Assembly: GCA_025060615.1 (NCBI GenBank)
Contig: JANXBS010000002.1
Location: 65,244-129,243 of the forward strand
Direction: 5' to 3'
From: Anaerolineae bacterium
Lineage (GTDB): Bacteria > Chloroflexota > Anaerolineae > DUEN01
DNA: 64,000 nt
How positions within the stretch are numbered: the first letter of the stretch is position 1; the number at the start of each line of letters is the position of its first letter. The notes beneath the pieces were generated by a model. It saw only the letters and a program-made list of their open reading frames with translations. It searched no databases and had not been told where the DNA came from. A program made the position numbers and the translations under genes. Positions 53,879-63,779 of this stretch are shown piece after piece.

Positions 53879-54199
53879 CCGACAAACTCCTCCACATGAT
53901 TTCAATGGGGTGCGCAGGTCAGGAGACCGAACTCTTCGGTCATGGCCGTGTCCTTTTCGTCCGGCCATGGGCATACGCCGAAACCGCTCTCCATGCCCGC
54001 GCCTCGAGGTTTGATGAACAGCGGGCTTCATCGAACACCAAGAGTTGCGACCTGTCCTGGGCTGGCAGACATCCTTGAGGGGAAGGTCTCGCCAGAAGAG
54101 CCCCCGCCACGGCCCTCTGGACTCACCAGGCCCGACCGTGCCACCTCCTTTCGCCTAAAAGGCGTAATAGAACACACCAGGAATAAATACCGCCAGGTC
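53879..54199 (-). promoter_or_regulatory. Long structured 5' leader (candidate cis-regulatory RNA) of the sugar ABC ATPase
   Basis: About 320 nt between a consensus promoter and the ATG, with multiple nested stems and alternative pairings. Confidence 0.55.
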
Positions 54200-54205
54200 A
54201 AAACT

Positions 54206-54257
54206 ATTATACCATATGCCTGCAGCCTTGCCAAGCCTTTTTCCCGTTTGGTATAAT
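54206..54257. promoter_or_regulatory. Symmetric bidirectional promoter sharing one -35 region (msmX and ruvB)
   Basis: Minus: TTGGCA (54229-54234)-17 bp-TATAAT (54206-54211). Plus: TTGCCA (54228-54233)-18 bp-TATAAT (54252-54257). Both have extended TGn -10 elements. Confidence 0.78.
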
Positions 54258-54273
54258 CTACTTGAGGGAACAA

Positions 54274-55320
54274 ATGAGCGAGCGCATGATCTCACCAAAT
54301 TCCCGTTCAGAAGAAGCGGCCCTGGACGCAGCGTTGCGCCCGAAGCGCCTGGACGACCTGGAGGGGCAGGATCGGCTGCGCGACAACCTGCGCATCCTGA
54401 TCGAGGCAGCGCGCGCCCGGGGCGAAACGCTGGATCATATCCTGCTGTATGGGCCGCCAGGGCTGGGCAAGACAACCCTGGCCCATATCATCGCCAACGA
54501 GATGGGCGTCAATTTAAAGATCACGGCTGGGCCGGCCATTGAGCGAGCAGGCGATCTGGCCGCTATTCTCACCAACCTGCGCAAAGGAGACATCCTGTTC
54601 ATTGACGAGGTCCATCGCCTGGGCCGCGCGGTGGAGGAGATCCTCTACCCGGCAATGGAGGACTTTGCACTCGACATCGTCATCGGCAAAGGGCCTGGGG
54701 CCCGCTCCATCCGGCTGAGCCTGCCACGCTTCACCGTCATCGGCGCGACCACTCGTCTGGCACTGCTGACGGCTCCGCTGCGCGCTCGCTTCGGCGTCAC
54801 CTACCGGTTTGACTTTTACGACCAGGCAGCACTGGAATCCATCGTGCGACGGGCTGCGCAGATGCTGAACGTGCCTATCACCGATGATGGCGCGCGGGAG
54901 ATCGCGCGGCGGGCGCGCGGCACGCCTCGGGTAGCGCTCCGTCTGCTGCGTCGAGTGCGCGACTATGCCGAGGTGCGCGCGAGCGGCTCAATCACGGCTG
55001 AGGTAGCCGATCAGGCATTACGGCTGCTAGAGGTGGATGAGCTCGGGCTGGATTACCTCGATCATAAGGTTCTAGAGGCGCTGATCCGCAAGTTCAACGG
55101 TGGCCCTGTGGGACTGGAGACGCTCGCCGCCGCGGTGAGCGAGGAGCCCGATACTATCATGGACGTGGTGGAGCCTTATCTGCTGCAGTTGGGCTTTCTT
55201 GATCGGACGCCGCGTGGCCGTGTGGCGACGCGATGGGCTTATGAGCATTTGGGGGTGCCCTATCCAGAGCGCCCGGAGCAGCCCGGGCTGTTTCACCCAA
55301 CGGAGGAGAAGCCCTTATGA
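54274..55320 (+). CDS. ruvB: Holliday junction branch migration helicase RuvB
   Basis: [37 protein letters not shown] and RTPRGR motifs. Confidence 0.98.
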   Translation: MSERMISPNSRSEEAALDAALRPKRLDDLEGQDRLRDNLRILIEAARARGETLDHILLYGPPGLGKTTLAHIIANEMGVNLKITAGPAIERAGDLAAILTNLRKGDILFIDEVHRLGRAVEEILYPAMEDFALDIVIGKGPGARSIRLSLPRFTVIGATTRLALLTAPLRARFGVTYRFDFYDQAALESIVRRAAQMLNVPITDDGAREIARRARGTPRVALRLLRRVRDYAEVRASGSITAEVADQALRLLEVDELGLDYLDHKVLEALIRKFNGGPVGLETLAAAVSEEPDTIMDVVEPYLLQLGFLDRTPRGRVATRWAYEHLGVPYPERPEQPGLFHPTEEKPL

Positions 55321-56042
55321 CCAGGCCACGCATCGGGATCACCACGCGTTCCTCACAGGGGCCGGTGATCGATCGCTTGCGCTGGTATGTGGAGAGCGTT
55401 CGCTGGGCTGGGGGCGAGCCGGTGATCCTGGCCCCAGACGATCCCCATCGGCCGCCCCTGGAAAGCCTAGATGGCCTGTTGCTATCGGGCGGAGGCGACG
55501 TGCACCCGCGGTGGTATGGACAGCCGATCGCCGGGACGGAAGTGGACAGCATAGATGAGGCGCGCGATGAGATGGAGTTCACGCTGGCGCGCGCGGCGCT
55601 GGCCGCCGACCTGCCGATCTTCGCCATCTGCCGGGGGATCCAGCTCCTGAACGTGGCGATGGGAGGCGCCCTGGTGCAGGATCTGGGCGATCGGCACCGC
55701 ACGCCGGCCGGCGCTTTTAAGCACCATCTAGTGCGGCTGAGAAAGGACACGCGCTTGGCCTCGATGTTGGACACTTCCGGACAGCTCAACGTCAACACGC
55801 ACCACCACCAGGGTATCCATGTGGACCATCTGGCCCCCGGCTTGCGGGCAGCAGCCTGGGCCTTGCCCGAAGGATGGCTGGTTGAGGCAGTGGAGAGCCC
55901 CCATCATCGGTTTGTGTTGGGCGTCCAGTGGCACCCGGAACGGTACTATGAGGTGCCGGCGGCTCATCGCAATTTGTTTCGCGAGTTCCTGCGCGCGGCT
56001 GACCGTTCGCCTGGGACGGCATCATCCAAAGGCCGATTTTGA
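55317..56042 (+). CDS. Peptidase C26 / gamma-glutamyl-gamma-aminobutyrate hydrolase-family class I amidotransferase
   Basis: LSGGGDV, AICRGIQ (catalytic Cys), HHQ and VQWHPE; ATGA overlap with ruvB. Confidence 0.92.
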   Translation: MTRPRIGITTRSSQGPVIDRLRWYVESVRWAGGEPVILAPDDPHRPPLESLDGLLLSGGGDVHPRWYGQPIAGTEVDSIDEARDEMEFTLARAALAADLPIFAICRGIQLLNVAMGGALVQDLGDRHRTPAGAFKHHLVRLRKDTRLASMLDTSGQLNVNTHHHQGIHVDHLAPGLRAAAWALPEGWLVEAVESPHHRFVLGVQWHPERYYEVPAAHRNLFREFLRAADRSPGTASSKGRF

Positions 56043-56066
56043 TGATCTTCTTGCGGATCCCAGAAC

Positions 56067-57089
56067 ATGAGGACAGCCGATTTCGATTACGAGTTGCCGC
56101 CTGAGCTGATTGCTCAGACCCCCATTGAGCCGCGTGATAGCTCGCGCCTGCTAGTGGTGCATCGAAAGAGCGGTGCCTTTGAGCATCGCGTGTTCCGAGA
56201 CCTCGGGGATTATCTACGCCCAGGCGATCTCTTGGTGTGCAACGATAGCCGGGTTATCCCGGCGCGGCTGCATGGGCGCAAGCCCACCGGGGGCCGTGTG
56301 GAGGTACTCCTGCTCGCTCGTCGAGACGAACGCATATGGCAGGCGCTGATGCGCGGTAAGGGGCTGCGGCCTGGCGCTCGCGTGTACATCGAGGATGCAG
56401 AGGGGAGCGAGGTGGCCGTCGCTACCATCGTAGCGGAGGAAGCTGACGGCGCTCGCACCATTGAGTTTGATCGCCCGATCACACCTTTGCTACCTCAGGT
56501 GGGCGAGGTGCCCCTGCCGCCATACATCCACGAGCCATTGCGGGATCCCGAACGGTATCAGACGGTGTACGCGCGGGTGGCCGGATCAGTAGCTGCGCCA
56601 ACGGCAGGGCTGCACTTCACGCCAGAACTGATCGCTCGCCTACAGGCGATGGGGGTGGGATTCGCTTTTGTCACGCTACACGTGGGGTTGGGCACCTTCC
56701 GCCCGGTACAGGCCGAAGAGGTGGAAGCGCATCAGATGCACGCCGAGTGGGCGATGCTATCGGCGGAGGTGGCCGAGCAGATCCGAGCGACGCGCTCAGC
56801 CGGCGGACGATGCGTGGCGGTGGGCACGACGGTGGTGCGCGTGTTAGAGACGGCTGCCCTGCGCGGCGAGCTAGCCCCCTTCTCCGGCTGGACCGATCTC
56901 TTCATTACCCCGGGATTCTCCTTTCAAGTGGTAGATGCCATGATCACCAACTTCCACCTGCCCCGCTCCACGCTGCTCATGCTGGTGAGCGCGTTCGCAG
57001 GCCGCGAGCTGATCCTGCGCGCGTACCAGGAGGCGATCCGTCTGCGCTACCGCTTTTATTCGTTCGGGGACGCAATGCTGTTGCTGTAG
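56067..57089 (+). CDS. queA: S-adenosylmethionine:tRNA ribosyltransferase-isomerase
   Basis: FDYELPPELIAQ, PLPPYI, AAPTAGLHF, TLHVG, TNFHLP and YRFYSFGDAM motifs. Confidence 0.98.
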   Translation: MRTADFDYELPPELIAQTPIEPRDSSRLLVVHRKSGAFEHRVFRDLGDYLRPGDLLVCNDSRVIPARLHGRKPTGGRVEVLLLARRDERIWQALMRGKGLRPGARVYIEDAEGSEVAVATIVAEEADGARTIEFDRPITPLLPQVGEVPLPPYIHEPLRDPERYQTVYARVAGSVAAPTAGLHFTPELIARLQAMGVGFAFVTLHVGLGTFRPVQAEEVEAHQMHAEWAMLSAEVAEQIRATRSAGGRCVAVGTTVVRVLETAALRGELAPFSGWTDLFITPGFSFQVVDAMITNFHLPRSTLLMLVSAFAGRELILRAYQEAIRLRYRFYSFGDAMLLL

Positions 57090-57106
57090 ACGAAGGGCGA
57101 GGAACG

Positions 57107-58204
57107 ATGGGCTTCCCCACCTCTTCCCTTCTATCCCCACATGGCTTGCTGCCATTGCCAGCCTTTTTGCCGGATGCCACCATGGGCGTTGTGCGGTCGG
57201 TGGACAGCCGCGATCTGGAACAATGCGGGGTGCGAGCAGTGGTCATGAACACCTTTCATCTGATGCAGCGCCCCGGCTCCTCGACGATTCGGGCGCTGGG
57301 CGGGTTACACCGCATGTGCGCGTGGCCACATCCCATCATGACCGACTCCGGAGGGTTTCAAGCCTACTCTCTTATCCGACAGCATCCCAAAAACGGCAGC
57401 ATCACGGACAGAGGGATCCTCTTCCGTCCGGAAGGTTCTGACCGCAAGTTCAGCCTTTCACCGGAGAAAAGCATTCAACTTCAGCTCAGCTACGGCGCCG
57501 ACGTGATCGTCTGTCTGGACGATTGCACGCACGTGGACGATCCGCTCTCCGTCCAGGAGGAATCGGTGCGAAGGACAATTGACTGGGCCCAGCGCTCTAA
57601 GGCCGAGTTTCAGCGCCTCATCGAGCAGAGGCGCCTTCCCGAGGAACGACGCCCCCTGCTCTTCGCGGTGATCCAAGGCGGCGGCTCGCGCGAGCTGCGC
57701 AGGAAGTGCGCCGAAGCGCTATTAGAGATCGGCTTCGATGGCTTCGGCTATGGCGGATGGCCACTGGACAGTGAAGGACATCTCCTGGTTGACCTCATCG
57801 CCTATACTCGCGAGCTGGTGCCGCTGCAGTTCCCCATGCACGCGCTAGGAGTGGGGCATCCAGCCCACGTGGTCACGTGCGCACGGCTGGGATATGTCCT
57901 CTTTGACAGCGCCATGCCCACTCGAGACGCACGCCACGGCCGGCTATACGCGTTCATCTCGGACGCGGCACCCTGTAACTGGGAGGGCGAGTGGTTTTCA
58001 TACGTCTACGTGAACGACAACAAGCACATCAAGAACGACGAGCCGATCTCCCGCTTTTGCGACTGCCTGTGTTGCTCTCACTACTCGCTGGGCTATCTTC
58101 ATCACCTATTCAAGATCGGCGACGCGCTATTTCTGCGCCTGGCTACGATCCACAACTTGCGGTTCATGGCTCACCTGATGGAATGCCTGCGCAGGAATGA
58201 TTAG
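57107..58204 (+). CDS. tgt: tRNA-guanine transglycosylase, divergent type
   Basis: NTFHL, TDSGGFQ, LDDC, IQGG, FDSAMPTR and Zn site CDCLCC...HN; ATG at 57107 after queA. Confidence 0.9.
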   Translation: MGFPTSSLLSPHGLLPLPAFLPDATMGVVRSVDSRDLEQCGVRAVVMNTFHLMQRPGSSTIRALGGLHRMCAWPHPIMTDSGGFQAYSLIRQHPKNGSITDRGILFRPEGSDRKFSLSPEKSIQLQLSYGADVIVCLDDCTHVDDPLSVQEESVRRTIDWAQRSKAEFQRLIEQRRLPEERRPLLFAVIQGGGSRELRRKCAEALLEIGFDGFGYGGWPLDSEGHLLVDLIAYTRELVPLQFPMHALGVGHPAHVVTCARLGYVLFDSAMPTRDARHGRLYAFISDAAPCNWEGEWFSYVYVNDNKHIKNDEPISRFCDCLCCSHYSLGYLHHLFKIGDALFLRLATIHNLRFMAHLMECLRRND

Positions 58205-58303
58205 CTGGCGTCCCCAGAGGGGGCGGGACAGCAAGTGTAAGTATTCCCGACTTTCAACCCCGCCCCGCAATGAAGTGTAAGGCAGACAATCGTCGGGCCT
58301 GAT

Positions 58304-59311
<1,008 letters not shown>

Positions 59312-59475
59312 AGCTTCACTCCTAAAGCTGATTGATGCTCGATGACACCGAGCTTAACCGCTGTTTTTCTGGCTCGCTTACTCGCCTAGTTACGGCCGAC
59401 CGGGGCAAATAAGGGGGCGCTTGAAGAGGCCTAAGACAGCCTCTCTCATTAGGGCCCCTCTGCTTTGTACCTCTC

Positions 59476-62400
59476 TCACAGCCCCGCCGGCGTGATGTAG
59501 ACATCGTCAAAGTAGAGCGTGCCGGTGGGGTTCGCTACGCCATTCCACGCGCCGATGCGCATCGTGAAAGTCGCTGCCGTCTTTAGCAAGTTAGCATCGT
59601 TCGGAATACGGCATCCGAGCAGAGTATTGTTGAAGTAAAAACATATCCTCACCGTCTCTGGGTCAATCTCGATGCGAGCCTCGTACCATTGATTCGGGTA
59701 GACAGGCTGATTGCTGGAGACGTCCCATTCGTGTCCTGTTGAGCTAGCAATACCGCAACCGAAGCTATGGACAAATAGGTCACAGGAGGTCCACCAATCT
59801 CGTCCCGGCGTTCCGATGTTCTCCGCCACGATCTGAATCTTCGGTGCCCATCTGTTGGCATCTGCGCTGAACTTTAACCGCGCCTGGAAGCGCTGTACCT
59901 GTCGTAGCGTGCGATGGAATGGCGCGTTTACCACCATTACCGTGTCTCGCTCAGCCGGCGCATTCCCCGTCGTGGTCAGCATCATAACGCCATTTTGCTG
60001 CTGCATAGTGAAGTAGCTGCTATCCCCCCCAAATCGCCATTTGAGCGGATTGTACAAGCCGTCAAAGAGAGGGTTGTTAAAGTCATCATACAGGATCATC
60101 AGCGGATTGTATTCCCGCGTCACCAGCGGCAGGAAGAGCCGATGAGCGATCCGGATATAGGCCGAGCGGGCTTTCACGTCTGTATCCACCCCATCCTGCA
60201 CCGTAAGAATGACGGTGTAGCTTCCCGGCGTGTTGTAGGTGTGCTGGACGGTGGGCGCGTTGCTCACCAACGGCGCTGAGCCATCGCCGAAGTCCCAAGT
60301 GGCGATCGTCACATCGCCGCCTGAAAGATTAGTGAACGTTACCGCTGTGCCCGGTGACCCCACCCGTGGGCTGGCGCTGAAGTCAGCAGTAACAGTCTTC
60401 TTCCACACCTCCCCACCGTTGGCCCAATTGGTCGTACCTAGATAGAGACGGTTGTTGTGGACCGCCATGGCGCTCAGCCATACATAGCTGTTATTGCTGT
60501 CGCCCAACCCACCATCGGCCACTAGCTCCCAGTCCGTGCCATTAGCTGTGCGCCAGAGCTGCAGCCCAGTGCTGTAATTCGCCACCGCAGCATAAAGATG
60601 TCCGCCGAAGACGGCGCCGCCGAAGATGTACTGGTTCTGAGGGTTGTTGAAGCCATTATCGGCTACCTTGATCCAATCGCTCTGGCTGCTGCAGATGGTC
60701 GCTGTACATCGCCAGACCTCGGCACCCTTTGACGTGCCGCCTACACGCGAGATGTAAGCATAGAGAGCGTTGTTGAACACGATGAGCTTCTCTACCCGGT
60801 GTGCCTCTACATCGCCGAAGCCGGGATTGTTAACTTGCGTCCAATTTGCCCCATCGTAACGCCATACCTCGCCCCCCAGCGGGCCGTTCGAATGGGCATC
60901 GTCTTGCCAATCTCCGTGGCGGGTGCCGGCATACAGATAGCCGTTATATTCAGCCAGCGACAGCACACCCGTATTATACGGATCGTCGAAGCCGCCCGAG
61001 GCAATCCGCTGCCAGTTCTGACCATCCGCCGTACGCCAGATTTCAGCGCCCAACGTGTTCCGGTCGCCCCTCTCCAGAGTGGCGTACAGGTGGCCACCAA
61101 ACGAAGCCATGATGGGTACCCATCGGTAGTCACTACCGATGCTGCCCGGGGGCGTCACGTTTTCCCAATGGATTCCATCGGCTGTGCGCCAGAACTGGGG
61201 GCCGTTGGTGTGCCAGGTGGAACAATTGGGATCATCGCATACGAAAGTGAACGTGGCCACGTAGAGGTGGTCATGGAACACGGCCATGGCATCAATTTCA
61301 TCATTGGTCGAGTCGCCGAAGCCCAACGTATTGACCGTGCGCCACGTGCCGTCAGGCTCCAGCCGCCAGACATAGGGCTGAAAGCCCGTGGCATAGAGGT
61401 GCCCCTTAAAGCTAGCCAGGCTGCTGATCCAGATGTTCTGCCGATCCCCAAACCCATTGATGTTCACCTGCTTCCACCCTGGCACACCGGGAGCGAACTT
61501 CTGGATGCGATGGTTGTTGTTAACCTCAGAGATGTAAACGCTATCATCTGGGCCGATAGCGATGCCGAAAGCATGTCGGAAGCGCCCCACTTGAACCCCG
61601 CTTACACCGCCAATCGTGGTCAGGTAGGCGTTGCCGTTAGCAAAGTTGTCGAACACCTGTACTCGGCTGTTGCCAGAGTCCGTCACGTAGAGCCGCTCCT
61701 GGCTATCCACGGCGAGATGATGCGGCCCCCAATCGCTGAAGCGGTCAAAGCTGTTACCCGTCCCTCCTCCGCCGATGGTACGCACATACTGGCGATTACT
61801 ATCAAACACCTGTATGCGATTATTGCCATCGTCAGCCACATAAATATAGCCGTTCTTGTCCACGGCCACATCAGAGGGGCAATTGAAACGATCGTTGGTC
61901 GAGCCGGATTGACCGGTTACACCCAGTGTGGCGACATAGGCGAAGTTGCGATTGTAGATCTGCACGCGGTGGTTGCCGCAGTCAGCGATGTAAAGGTTGC
62001 CTTGGCGATCAAACCCGAGGCCTCGCGGGTTAATGAACTGGTAATTACCGCTGCCGTGGCCGCCAAAGCCGCTATAATAGCTTCCATCAGGATTGAAGAT
62101 TTGCAAGCGGTGGGTTGCGCCAGGCATCCAGTGCACAAGACCCCGCCCTTCCAGCGTATAGATGCGCCCGTCTGGCCCAACAGCTACGTCTGTCAGGAGG
62201 CTGAAGTGAGCGTTGTCATCGCCTTGCTGGCCAGCCTCACCCTTAACCCACTGAGGAATGCCGCTCGCGTCCAGCTTGATCAAGCGATGACCTAAGCCCT
62301 CGACCACGTAAATGCTCTCATCCGGCCCAATTGCTACGCTCTCCGGATGGTTGAATCGGTCATTCGTCGTCACGTAGGAGATCCCCGTGGTGCCATAGGT

Positions 62401-63582
62401 ACGCTGATAGACGTGGCTACTGTTGTATTGCTGCACGCGCTTGTTGCCAAAGTCGGCTACGTAGATGTTGCCCGAAGCGTCTATGGCTACGTCGGTGGGG
62501 AAATTGAACTGATAGGTGCCTGTACCATACCCTGTACCCAGCGTAGCCACGTAAGCCATCGTGTTGCGGTTAAAAATTTGCACACGATGGTTGCGGGTGT
62601 CGGCGACGTAAATGTAATTTGCATCCACCGCCACGCCATGCGGCTCGCGGAACTGGTTATTGCCTGACCCAGGCGAGCTGGTCTGGCCCAGCGTGGCGAT
62701 ATAGCTGGGCGCAGCGGGGTTATTAATATTGAAAATCTGCACGCGATGATTAGCTGCGTCAGCCACGTAGAGTCGGTTACCATAGATAGCAATGTACCGA
62801 GGCCAGCACAGTTGCGTGCTGCCCGTCCCGCATGGCCCGCCACCGATGGTAGCAATGTGGTTGCCGCTGCTGTTGAAAATCTGCACACGGTTATTGCCGT
62901 AATCACTGCCCCAATAGCCGCTATCACTAATGTAAACGTTGCCAGCGCTGTCAATTGCAATGCCGAACGGATCGTTGAAGCGTGCGTTGTCTGCGCCGCG
63001 ATTCCACATCTGGCCCAACTGGGCAACGCGCTTGCCACTACTGTCAAACTTCGCTACGTGTGCTGATTCCGCATCCACCACCCAGACGTTTCCGCTCGCG
63101 TCTTCCACTACATCCGTGACACGGTACAGTGAGCCATTTGTATAGTCGCGCACGCCAGCTTTGCCGATTTTCCGGATGAAGTCGCCATTGGCGTCGAACT
63201 TGAGCACACGCGAGCCGAGGTGATCACCGATCCACACAGCGTTGCCAATGGTGCTGATGCCCTCCACGTAGTAGAAATGCGTGTCGGTCTCGATATACGG
63301 CTCCTCGGTCACGCCGAAGGTTTGCACATAACGGAAGCTCAGCCCCGGCTGGCCGAGGGGGATGGCGGCAGCCTCCACCCCAGGCTTTTCACCTCTCAGA
63401 CGGGCAAGGGGAGCTGACTCGCCTAGGAAGAGCTTGCCCTCCCACTCCGGCCCCACCGGAGGCACAGACGGCTCCGCCGGAGCTCTCACAGGCGGCTGGG
63501 GCCCTTGCGCGCCCACGGTCCACAGGATCGAGGGAGTTAGGACGAAAACCAAGATGCTGATCAATAACTGCTTCGCCTTCAT
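59476..63582 (-). CDS. Large secreted protein: NHL-repeat beta-propellers, GFGD-repeat propeller, PKD domain, LFLPLV motif and C-terminal beta-sandwich
   Basis: Signal peptide; about 12 NHL repeats (F..P.GVAVD..IYVAD..NHRVQIF); about 7 repeats of W..V...GF(G/D)D..N.....AVF...LY; PKD WDFGDG...HTY..PGSYTV.LTV; SD AGGAGG. Confidence 0.9.
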   Translation of the reverse strand: MKAKQLLISILVFVLTPSILWTVGAQGPQPPVRAPAEPSVPPVGPEWEGKLFLGESAPLARLRGEKPGVEAAAIPLGQPGLSFRYVQTFGVTEEPYIETDTHFYYVEGISTIGNAVWIGDHLGSRVLKFDANGDFIRKIGKAGVRDYTNGSLYRVTDVVEDASGNVWVVDAESAHVAKFDSSGKRVAQLGQMWNRGADNARFNDPFGIAIDSAGNVYISDSGYWGSDYGNNRVQIFNSSGNHIATIGGGPCGTGSTQLCWPRYIAIYGNRLYVADAANHRVQIFNINNPAAPSYIATLGQTSSPGSGNNQFREPHGVAVDANYIYVADTRNHRVQIFNRNTMAYVATLGTGYGTGTYQFNFPTDVAIDASGNIYVADFGNKRVQQYNSSHVYQRTYGTTGISYVTTNDRFNHPESVAIGPDESIYVVEGLGHRLIKLDASGIPQWVKGEAGQQGDDNAHFSLLTDVAVGPDGRIYTLEGRGLVHWMPGATHRLQIFNPDGSYYSGFGGHGSGNYQFINPRGLGFDRQGNLYIADCGNHRVQIYNRNFAYVATLGVTGQSGSTNDRFNCPSDVAVDKNGYIYVADDGNNRIQVFDSNRQYVRTIGGGGTGNSFDRFSDWGPHHLAVDSQERLYVTDSGNSRVQVFDNFANGNAYLTTIGGVSGVQVGRFRHAFGIAIGPDDSVYISEVNNNHRIQKFAPGVPGWKQVNINGFGDRQNIWISSLASFKGHLYATGFQPYVWRLEPDGTWRTVNTLGFGDSTNDEIDAMAVFHDHLYVATFTFVCDDPNCSTWHTNGPQFWRTADGIHWENVTPPGSIGSDYRWVPIMASFGGHLYATLERGDRNTLGAEIWRTADGQNWQRIASGGFDDPYNTGVLSLAEYNGYLYAGTRHGDWQDDAHSNGPLGGEVWRYDGANWTQVNNPGFGDVEAHRVEKLIVFNNALYAYISRVGGTSKGAEVWRCTATICSSQSDWIKVADNGFNNPQNQYIFGGAVFGGHLYAAVANYSTGLQLWRTANGTDWELVADGGLGDSNNSYVWLSAMAVHNNRLYLGTTNWANGGEVWKKTVTADFSASPRVGSPGTAVTFTNLSGGDVTIATWDFGDGSAPLVSNAPTVQHTYNTPGSYTVILTVQDGVDTDVKARSAYIRIAHRLFLPLVTREYNPLMILYDDFNNPLFDGLYNPLKWRFGGDSSYFTMQQQNGVMMLTTTGNAPAERDTVMVVNAPFHRTLRQVQRFQARLKFSADANRWAPKIQIVAENIGTPGRDWWTSCDLFVHSFGCGIASSTGHEWDVSSNQPVYPNQWYEARIEIDPETVRICFYFNNTLLGCRIPNDANLLKTAATFTMRIGAWNGVANPTGTLYFDDVYITPAGL

Positions 63583-63779
63583 TGTGCACCTCCTTTTTCT
63601 TGATATAGAGATACAGCGGCTGTATACAACTGCCTGTTCAGATACATCGTCCAGGCCATGCTTTCATCTACCATTCACCTCTTAAATTGCTCGATCTGGA
63701 CATTAGCGGCATTGTAGAGTGAGTGGGATTCTTGTCCAGGAGGATGTGCTCATTGTGGCCTCCTCCGTCTTCTCCTTAA

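Noticed and set aside
53879..54199. Identification of the structured leader as RNase P RNA, tmRNA, SRP or a known riboswitch
   Set aside because: It lacks GAGGAAAGUCC, tRNA-like ends, the SRP GGAA loop motif and recognisable aptamer consensus. Kept only as an unknown leader.
58232..58281. Direct repeat AAGTGTAAG twice, considered as a CRISPR remnant or target-site duplication
   Set aside because: Only two 9-bp copies, with no cas genes or array periodicity.
60799..62295. 498-aa plus-strand ORF
   Set aside because: It is antisense to the NHL-repeat gene and has no recognisable motifs; a shadow ORF produced by the codon bias of the real gene.
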